A stretch of DNA of 32,000 bases from Citreicoccus inhibens (GTDB taxonomy: Bacteria; Myxococcota; Myxococcia; Myxococcales; Myxococcaceae), in contig NZ_JAHNZT010000001.1 of NCBI RefSeq assembly GCF_019039035.1, forward strand, positions 242,049 to 274,048. Direction: 5' to 3'. Of this stretch, positions 26,143 to 32,000 are shown one piece after another. Below the pieces are notes generated by a model that was not told the origin of the DNA, ran no database searches, and saw only the letters and a program-made list of their open reading frames with translations. Every line of letters starts with the position of its first letter. Within the stretch, counting starts at the first letter, position 1. The translations under genes and the position numbers were made by a program.

Positions 26143-26563
26143 ACATGTCCCCCATCGCTGGGTCCGTGACGCACCTGGGAACTGGTGACGGCGCGCGGGG
26201 TTGTGCAGGGGCCGCGTGGGGGTTCGTCACGCCAGGGGTTCGCAAGTCAACGCGGCCCCCCCTCGCATGTGGACACGTGGGCCTTTGCCGTGCTCGCCCG
26301 CCAGCCCTCCCGGGCAACCTTCCGGGTCCCCGAGCTGCTCAGGCGCCATCCCTGCATGCGTGCTTCACGCCCCGCGATGAGGTGGGCAAGCACCTGACAT
26401 TCGCCTCCGTTCGTGAGGCGCCATTCATGGCAGTCAGAAGTGAATCCATCGCGAGGACACCGCGCTGTGACAAACCCGGAGAAATCGGATCATCCCTACG
26501 CAACTCGGGCATCCCACGAACGACAATGGGCTGCGAACTTCTCCATTCCTTTCGGGACCTGCC

Positions 26564-27403
26564 ATGACCGTCCGCTCCTCGGCTTCGACTCCCCGCGTCA
26601 CCACGGCCGCGCTGACCCGCACCGCCGCGACGACGAGCCCCCCTGTGACGGCGCCCGCCGCGCCCCTGAAGAAGGGCGACGCGGGTCCCAAGGTGAAGCA
26701 GTTGCAGGACGCCTTGGTGAAGCTGGGCTACCTGACGAAGGAGGCGGCGGCCTCGGGCCCGGGCACGTACGGCGTGAAGACGGAAGCCGCCGTGAAGAAG
26801 TTCCAGACGGACAAGAAGCTGTCGGTGGATGGCGCGTACGGCGCCAAGACGCAGGCGGCGCTGGCCAAGGCGCTCTCCGGCACCACGCCCACCACGCCGC
26901 CCACCAAGTTCACCAAGCCGGCGGTCATCAGCGCGCCCTCGCCCAACTACGACGAGCGCAACGGCACGGCCATTGACGCCATCATCCTGCACCACACGGC
27001 GTCCAACGACGGCAAGGCGGACCTGTCGTGGCTGCGCAATCCGCAGAGCAAGGTCTCGGCGAACTACATGATCGACCGTGACGGCAAGGTGTACCAGCTC
27101 GTCTCGGACGAGAAGCGCGCGTGGCACGCGGGCGTCTCCGAGCTGCGCGGCGTCCCCACGGACATGAACGCGCGCTCCATCGGCATCGAGATCGTCAACG
27201 ACGGCAGCGGCAAGACGGCCTTCACCGAGGCGCAGTACAAGTCCATCACCCAGCTCGTGGGCTACCTGAAGCAGGAGTACAAGGTCCCCATGGAGAACAT
27301 CCTGGGCCACAAGGACGTCGCCGTCCCCAAGGGCCGCAAGGACGACCCCGCCTCCAACTTCGACTGGAAGCGCGTGCGCAGCGGCATCACCAAGCCGTCC
27401 TGA
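26564..27403 (+). CDS. N-acetylmuramoyl-L-alanine amidase (Amidase_2/AmpD fold) with an N-terminal peptidoglycan-binding domain
   Basis: PG_binding_1-like LKKGDAGPKVKQLQDALVKLGYL...KKFQTDKKLSVDGAYGAKTQAAL. Amidase_2 motifs IILHHTAS, RAWHAG, SIGIEIVN and LGHKDV...KDDP. Confidence 0.9.
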   Translation: MTVRSSASTPRVTTAALTRTAATTSPPVTAPAAPLKKGDAGPKVKQLQDALVKLGYLTKEAAASGPGTYGVKTEAAVKKFQTDKKLSVDGAYGAKTQAALAKALSGTTPTTPPTKFTKPAVISAPSPNYDERNGTAIDAIILHHTASNDGKADLSWLRNPQSKVSANYMIDRDGKVYQLVSDEKRAWHAGVSELRGVPTDMNARSIGIEIVNDGSGKTAFTEAQYKSITQLVGYLKQEYKVPMENILGHKDVAVPKGRKDDPASNFDWKRVRSGITKPS

Positions 27404-27433
27404 GTCCACGCCCGAGCCAGCCAGTTCGTTCAA

Positions 27434-27461
27434 GCCCGCCCGTTGGCGGGTTTGTACTTTT
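27434..27461 (+). terminator. Rho-independent terminator after the amidase gene
   Basis: Stem CCCGCC (27435-27440), loop CGTT, stem GGCGGG (27445-27450), followed by TTTGTACTTTT. It starts about 30 nt after the amidase stop. Confidence 0.6.
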
Positions 27462-27466
27462 CAGGC

Positions 27467-27934
27467 ATGGCTCCGCTCATCGTCCTCGTCGCGTTGTTCG
27501 CCCTGCTCTCCGGACTGGGGCGCCTCGGTGTCCCAGCGCTCGCGGGGTGGTACCCACCGCTGCGCTTCGCCCTGGCGGGAATGTTCCTCCTCACCGCGTC
27601 CGCGCACTGGGGCCGTAGGCGTCCGGACCTGGTGCGCATGGTGCCGGACACCCTGCCCCGTCCCGAGCTGTGGGTGACGCTCACGGGCGTCCTCGAAGTG
27701 GCCGGAGCGCTGGGCTTGATGCTCCAGCCCCTGGCGTCGTGGGCCGCGCTCGGGTTGTCGCTCCTCATGGTCGCGATGTTCCCCGCGAATGTCCGCGCCG
27801 CCCGTGAGCACCTGAGCATCGCGGGGACGCCGGTGATGCCGTTGTGGCCTCGGTTGCTGTTGCAACTGGGCTTCATCGCCGCCACGGGGGCCGTGTCCCT
27901 GGCCGGCCTGCGCCCGAGCCTCGCCACCGGGTGA
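27467..27934 (+). CDS. DoxX-like integral membrane protein
   Basis: About 155 aa with 4 hydrophobic segments and a FPANVRAA motif typical of DoxX-like proteins. ATG 27467 is preferred over TTG 27443 because the latter sits inside the terminator hairpin. Confidence 0.6.
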   Translation: MAPLIVLVALFALLSGLGRLGVPALAGWYPPLRFALAGMFLLTASAHWGRRRPDLVRMVPDTLPRPELWVTLTGVLEVAGALGLMLQPLASWAALGLSLLMVAMFPANVRAAREHLSIAGTPVMPLWPRLLLQLGFIAATGAVSLAGLRPSLATG

Positions 27935-28125
27935 GCCCATCGCGGCGAGCGCTGGGAGCCCCGCTGCTCCGGAACCCGCCGTGTCGGCTGGCTGCTCGCC
28001 CGGGCGGCGACGCGCGGACCGCTCCCTGATACGAGCCCTCCCATGGGACCCCGTCGCAACGGGGCCCACGCTCCAGCATCCGACAGGCACGAGCCGGGGC
28101 GCCCGCCGCCCAGGGAGAGGAATCC

Positions 28126-29055
28126 ATGAGCACCGAGCACGATGAGCGCATCACCCGCCGCACCACCCTGGTCGCCGGCCTCGCTGGCGCCGCCACGCTC
28201 GCGGCCCTTCCCACCGAGGGACACGCTCCCTCCGGAGACGGCCCCACCGCGAACCACCGCGAGCGACTCCCTGTCGCCTTCCTCCCGCATGGCGGAGGCC
28301 CATGGCCCTTCGTGGACCTCGGCTTCGGAGACCCCGCGGAGCTGTCCGAGCTGGCCGGCTACCTGCGCTCCGTGCGCGCGCTGCCGAAGACGCCGCCGCG
28401 CGCGGTGCTCATCATCTCCGCGCATTGGGAGGAGTCCGTTCCCACGGTGATGTCGGGGGCGCACCCGCCCATGCTGTATGACTATTACGGCTTCCCGCCC
28501 GAGTCGTATGAGATTACCTGGCCCGCGCCCGGCGACCCGACGCTCGCGGCGCGCGTGCGGGAGTTGCTCGGCAAGGCGGGGTTCCAGACCGCGGCGAACG
28601 CGGAGCGCGGCTTCGACCACGGCACGTTCGTGCCGCTCAAGCTCGCATACCCTGACGCGGCGATGCCCACCGTGCAGTTGTCTTTGAAGCGCGGCCTGGA
28701 TCCCGCCGAGCACCTCGCCATGGGCCGCGCGCTCGCGCCGCTGCGAGACGAGGGTGTCTTCATCGTGGGCAGCGGGATGACCTTCCACAACCTCCGCGCC
28801 TTTGGTCCGCAGGCCAGTCCCGTAGCGGAGGCCTTCGACGCGTGGCTGCGCGACGCCGCGACGCGCGAGCCCACTGCGCGAGACGAACACCTGAAACAGT
28901 GGGCCAGCGCTCCCGCCGCGCGACTGGCTCACCCGCGCGAGGAGCACCTCCTGCCGTTGATGGTCATCGCCGGCGCGGCGGGACAAGACCGAGGCACTGT
29001 CGCGTACAACGGATCCATCCTCGGGCTGCGCCTCTCGGCGTACCATTTCGGGTGA
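28126..29055 (+). CDS. Class III extradiol ring-cleavage dioxygenase (LigB/YgiD, 4,5-DOPA-dioxygenase-like) with a Tat signal peptide
   Basis: Twin-arginine signal ITRRTTLVAGLAGAATLAALPTEGHA. Family motifs FLPHGGGPWPF, IISAHWE, YDYYGFPPESY, GFDHGTFVPL and GSGMTFHNL. A GGGAGAGGA Shine-Dalgarno-like element lies upstream. Confidence 0.85.
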   Translation: MSTEHDERITRRTTLVAGLAGAATLAALPTEGHAPSGDGPTANHRERLPVAFLPHGGGPWPFVDLGFGDPAELSELAGYLRSVRALPKTPPRAVLIISAHWEESVPTVMSGAHPPMLYDYYGFPPESYEITWPAPGDPTLAARVRELLGKAGFQTAANAERGFDHGTFVPLKLAYPDAAMPTVQLSLKRGLDPAEHLAMGRALAPLRDEGVFIVGSGMTFHNLRAFGPQASPVAEAFDAWLRDAATREPTARDEHLKQWASAPAARLAHPREEHLLPLMVIAGAAGQDRGTVAYNGSILGLRLSAYHFG

Positions 29056-29460
29056 TATCTTGCGGCCAACCGCCGCGTCTCGCTGGCCTGGGCGGGCGCC
29101 AAGCGACTGCTGATCCGCGCCGACTACCGCCTGTTCGACGTCGCCATCAACACGACGCTCAGCGCCTCCACCTGGCAGCAGTGGCCCTTCGAGAGCCCGG
29201 ACGACGCCTATGACGTCCCCGTGGGAGATCTCGTCTTCACGGATGGCAAGCCCACCATCGCGTTCAACCACCATGGCAGCGTGGAACTCATCACGCCCGA
29301 CGCGAACAACTCCTGGACCTATACCGCCCTCACGACGAAGAACGGCATCAGGGCCTCGTTGCTGAGCATGAACCGGCCCCCCATCAGCATGGCCGTGCGG
29401 CCCACCACGGGCCAGCGGCATGTCTGCTATCCGAACAACGACAACATCATGTTCCAGTAG
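29056..29460 (+). pseudogene. 5'-truncated remnant of a paralog of the downstream repeat lipoprotein (only the C-terminal ~130 codons remain)
   Basis: The frame is open from the codon right after the dioxygenase TGA. Its translation aligns with the C-terminus of the 29669..31141 product:
- Remnant: ...SLAWAGAKRLLIRADYRLFDVAI...VGDLVFTDGKPTIAFNHHGSVELITPDANNSWTYTAL...ISMAVRPTTGQRHVCYPNNDNIMFQ
- Intact: HLAMAWGEPNHLLLRAEAVYVDIAL...AGDLTYAQGKPYIVHSHAGHVELVTVGASGSWAYTEL...MSVAVRPTTQTAHVCYPANGTILFQ
The remnant has no signal peptide and no N-terminal ~375 aa. Confidence 0.6.
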
Positions 29461-29525
29461 GCGGTGAGCATGTCCACGCGCCTGCTTCTTCCGAGACCAG
29501 CGGCTGATGCTGTACTGAAGCACCC

Positions 29526-29568
29526 CACCGGGGCGCGGGTCGGGCAATCCCTGACACGCGCCCCGGTG
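29526..29568. repeat. Perfect 12-bp GC-rich inverted repeat (stem-loop or palindromic operator)
   Basis: CACCGGGGCGCG (29526-29537), a 19-nt spacer, then CGCGCCCCGGTG (29557-29568). It lies between the gene remnant and the intact lipoprotein gene and has no U-tract. Confidence 0.5.
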
Positions 29569-29668
29569 CCCCGCGCCGAGCGTCTGCCTTTCACACCCGG
29601 CGCCTGTCTTGACCCCAGACAAATTCAGGACTAATCGGAATCCTTTCTTTGCCGTGAGGGGGTTTCCG

Positions 29669-31141
29669 TTGAAGCAGACACGCGTGGGAGTGATTCACGT
29701 CCTGGGGGCTTGTCTTTCAATGGGTTGGGGGCTGACCGCATGTCAGTCCGAACCTGCCACCGAGCCGCTCGCTCAGCACGGGCCGCGGGCCTCCGCGCTG
29801 ACGCTGGAGCGAGAGGCGACAGGCCCCTACTACGCGGGCACCACCGAGCGCTTCCGCGCGGACTGGCCCGAGGCGCAGATGGCCACCGTGCGCTGGAGCG
29901 CCTCGGGCGGGACGCTGGAGATGCTGGGGGAGCGCGTGGCCTGGACCCTGCCCACCGCGGGCAACGCGTCGCTGACGGCCACCGTGGTGACCACCGGGGG
30001 AGAGGAGGTCACGGGGACGTGGAACTTCCAGGTCTCCGCGCCCGAGTTCCCGGAGACCGCTCCGAATCATCCCCAGGCCGTCGCGCCCACCGCCGTGGCG
30101 CTCGACTCGAGCGGGGCCACCCTGTCCCCGCACTGCGAGCTGGCCTTCGATGCCTCGGGCACTGGCCACATCGCCTACGTCGAGCAGACCCACCCCACGC
30201 TCTGGTACGCGACCTGGGATGGCACCACTTGGACCCGGCAAGTGGTGCAGTCCATGGGTCCCTCGGGAAAGCTCGAGTTCGTCACCCATGACCTGGGGCT
30301 CGCGGTGGCTCCGGATGGCACGCCGCACCTGCTCTACGCGATGGGACCCGGCATCTTCATGTACGCCACCCTGGTCAACGGCAGCTGGGTGCGTGAGCGC
30401 ATTCCGGACCTGGGCTCGCCGCGCGAGTTCGCGGTCATCGCCCTGGACCCGAGCCAGGGCTACCGCCCCACCGTCGCGGGCCAGGTGACCGTCACCGTCA
30501 GCGGAGTGCAGTACAGCCGCATCGCCATCGCCACCCGCACGGCCGCCAACACCTGGACGACCTCGAACATCACGCTGAGCGCGACATCGAACCAGCGGCT
30601 CGCGGGCGAGATGCTGTTCGACAACACCGGCCGGCTCTACATCCCCTGGCAGTGGACCGCCAGCAGCCCGCCCACCACGGGCGTCCTGTCGCTCAAGGGG
30701 ACGAGCGTGCAGTCCGTCCGGCTCGACACGCAGGTCCCCTACCTCTCCGGCTATGGCGACCCCGCGCTGCACCTGGCCATGGCGTGGGGTGAGCCCAATC
30801 ACCTGCTCCTGCGCGCCGAGGCGGTCTACGTCGACATCGCGCTCGCGCCGGAGTTCGTGTCCTCGGTGGCGACCGCCTCATGGATTGAAGCCGCCCCGAG
30901 CCTGACCGCAGGCGACCTCACGTATGCCCAGGGAAAGCCTTACATCGTCCATTCCCACGCCGGCCACGTGGAGTTGGTCACCGTGGGGGCCTCGGGCTCC
31001 TGGGCCTATACCGAGCTGAGCACCATCCCGACCCTTCCCGACCTCTACGTTGGCGCCGCCAGCATGAGCGTGGCGGTGCGCCCCACGACGCAGACGGCGC
31101 ACGTCTGCTACCCGGCCAACGGCACCATCCTGTTCCAGTAG
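29669..31141 (+). CDS. Lipoprotein with an Ig-like N-terminal region and beta-propeller-like internal repeats
   Basis: The likely TTG start at 29669 follows GAGGGGG. Signal peptide and lipobox: KQTRVGVIHVLGACLSMGWGLT-A-C. The blade-like motif D-x-x-G-x-p-h-h-h-Y ... Y-A-x-x-x-G-x-W recurs at least 5 times (for example FDASGTGHIAYVEQTHPTLWYATWDGTTWTRQ and VAPDGTPHLLYAMGPGIFMYATLVNGSWVRE). Confidence 0.75.
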   Translation: MKQTRVGVIHVLGACLSMGWGLTACQSEPATEPLAQHGPRASALTLEREATGPYYAGTTERFRADWPEAQMATVRWSASGGTLEMLGERVAWTLPTAGNASLTATVVTTGGEEVTGTWNFQVSAPEFPETAPNHPQAVAPTAVALDSSGATLSPHCELAFDASGTGHIAYVEQTHPTLWYATWDGTTWTRQVVQSMGPSGKLEFVTHDLGLAVAPDGTPHLLYAMGPGIFMYATLVNGSWVRERIPDLGSPREFAVIALDPSQGYRPTVAGQVTVTVSGVQYSRIAIATRTAANTWTTSNITLSATSNQRLAGEMLFDNTGRLYIPWQWTASSPPTTGVLSLKGTSVQSVRLDTQVPYLSGYGDPALHLAMAWGEPNHLLLRAEAVYVDIALAPEFVSSVATASWIEAAPSLTAGDLTYAQGKPYIVHSHAGHVELVTVGASGSWAYTELSTIPTLPDLYVGAASMSVAVRPTTQTAHVCYPANGTILFQ

Positions 31142-31165
31142 GCCGGGCGTCGAACAGGCACGACC

Positions 31166-31513
31166 TCACGCCTCCAGCATCGCCCGCAGGTCCTCGGGGA
31201 TGGGCAGGGGCGTGAGGATTCCCACGTTCGCGCCGCCGGTGTTTCCGAGCGGCGCGCGCCCGAACCACGAGCCCGGGGCCGCCACCAGGATGCGCACCCA
31301 CTGGCCCACCAGTTCCCGCAGGTCTCGGCGCCGCCACCCGAAGGCAAACATCCGCACGTGCACTCGCACATGCGGCCCCGCGTGGGCCTGACTCAGCACA
31401 TGGGCTCGCTCCAGGTGACGCCACGCGCGGGCCAGGTCTCCTGCTCGCTCGGCGTCGTTCCCCTGGCGCAGCTCCGCCTCGAAATGTCCTCGCAGCTTCG
31501 GCGTCATCGACAT
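31166..31513 (-). CDS. DUF3703 domain-containing protein
   Basis: MSMTPKLRGHFEAELRQGNDAERAGDLARAWRHLERAHVLSQ...HVRMFAFGWRRRDLRELVGQWVRILVAAPGSWFGRAPLGNTGGANVGILTPLPIPEDL matches the DUF3703 pattern as I recall it. ATG 31513 is preceded by GGGAG. Confidence 0.7.
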   Translation of the reverse strand: MSMTPKLRGHFEAELRQGNDAERAGDLARAWRHLERAHVLSQAHAGPHVRVHVRMFAFGWRRRDLRELVGQWVRILVAAPGSWFGRAPLGNTGGANVGILTPLPIPEDLRAMLEA

Positions 31514-31576
31514 CGTGTGGCTCCCTTGGAGAGACACCTTCGCGCCAGAGCGAGCCACCGCGCTTGTAAGAACGCG

Positions 31577-32000
31577 CTACGGGCGCGAGGGCACCACCCA
31601 CTCGACGAGTCCCGCGAGCGATGACGGCGCCATTCCGAACATGCGGCGGAACACATGGCTCAGGTGCGCGCTGTCACTGAAGCCCGCGGCATGGGCGGCC
31701 TCGGTGAGCGAGACACCGCGACTCAGGTGCTCGGCCACGCGCGCCATGCGCAACCACAGCACATAGGGGCGCAGCGGCGTGCCCACCTGCGCGGCGAACA
31801 GATGGGACAGCCGTCCCGGGGACAGGCCCACGCGCCGCGCCAGCGTGGCCAGCCGCACGTCCTCCTCCAGCGACTCGGGCAGCACGCGCAACAGCCGCTG
31901 AATCGCCGGATGCGTGGGCGGGGGCAGCGGGATGTCCGCCTCGAGTGCGCCCAACACGGTGCGCGCCAGGGCCTCCGCCTCGGACCAGCGCCGAGGCAGC
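31577..32000 (-). CDS. AraC family transcriptional regulator (partial; the N-terminus lies beyond the window end)
   Basis: C-terminal double HTH: LATLARRVGLSPGRLSHLFAAQVGTPLRPYVLWLRMARVAEHLSRGVSLTEAAHAAGFSDSAHLSHVFRRMFGMAPS. The frame stays open from 31957 to 32000, so the GTG at 31957 is probably not the true start. Confidence 0.8.
   Translation of the reverse strand, partial: LPRRWSEAEALARTVLGALEADIPLPPPTHPAIQRLLRVLPESLEEDVRLATLARRVGLSPGRLSHLFAAQVGTPLRPYVLWLRMARVAEHLSRGVSLTEAAHAAGFSDSAHLSHVFRRMFGMAPSSLAGLVEWVVPSRP

Noticed and set aside
26400-26563. Riboswitch (c-di-GMP or ydaO-like) in the amidase leader
   Set aside because: There are only fragmentary resemblances (for example ACGCAACTC versus the GEMM ACGCAAAGC core). 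I could not reconstruct any full conserved core by eye, so a covariance-model search is needed.
29221-29460. 79-aa ORF as an independent small gene
   Set aside because: Homology to the downstream lipoprotein extends upstream of its GTG to about 29080 in the same open frame. It has no RBS or signal peptide, so I treat it as part of a truncated pseudogene.
27430-29622. 730-aa minus-strand ORF spanning the DoxX-like gene, the dioxygenase and the remnant
   Set aside because: It lies opposite three independently supported plus-strand genes and has a shadow-ORF composition.

Overview
Very GC-rich, densely coding chromosomal segment with strong G/C third-position codon bias. It looks like a myxobacterium (Cystobacterineae-like), but that is an inference; I ran no database search. 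I support about 26 protein-coding genes, one decayed gene fragment, one canonical terminator and some repeats. I saw no rRNA, tRNA, CRISPR array, integrase or transposase.

Gene order, left to right:
- A partial minus-strand gene, then an ABC-2 exporter (ATPase + permease).
- A long co-directional plus-strand array: PlsC-like acyltransferase, SDR epimerase, a three-gene operon of unknown function (DUF559/Vsr-like nuclease-domain protein, orphan protein, 1120-aa dual P-loop ATPase with a HerA/FtsK-like C-terminal module), then pabB-pabA-pabC.
- A lipoprotein, a secreted Glu/Arg-repeat protein, and a cytoplasmic GAF-PAS-GAF-GAF histidine kinase.
- A sterol-synthesis cluster: eukaryote-type squalene synthase, an oxidosqualene cyclase with the DCTAE motif and cycloartenol-type specificity residues, and squalene epoxidase.
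- An operon of class II HMG-CoA reductase, MMPL/RND transporter and GT2 glycosyltransferase.
- A peptidoglycan amidase, a DoxX-like membrane protein, and a Tat-signal class III extradiol dioxygenase.
- A 5'-truncated remnant of a repeat lipoprotein next to its intact paralog, a DUF3703 protein, and a partial AraC regulator.

The best candidate for an undescribed system is the nuclease / orphan / dual-ATPase triad at about 4.2-9.9 kb. The sterol cluster and its adjacent HMGR-transporter-glycosyltransferase operon are the second most interesting region. Many long ORFs in the track are antisense or alternate-frame artefacts of the high GC content and were rejected.
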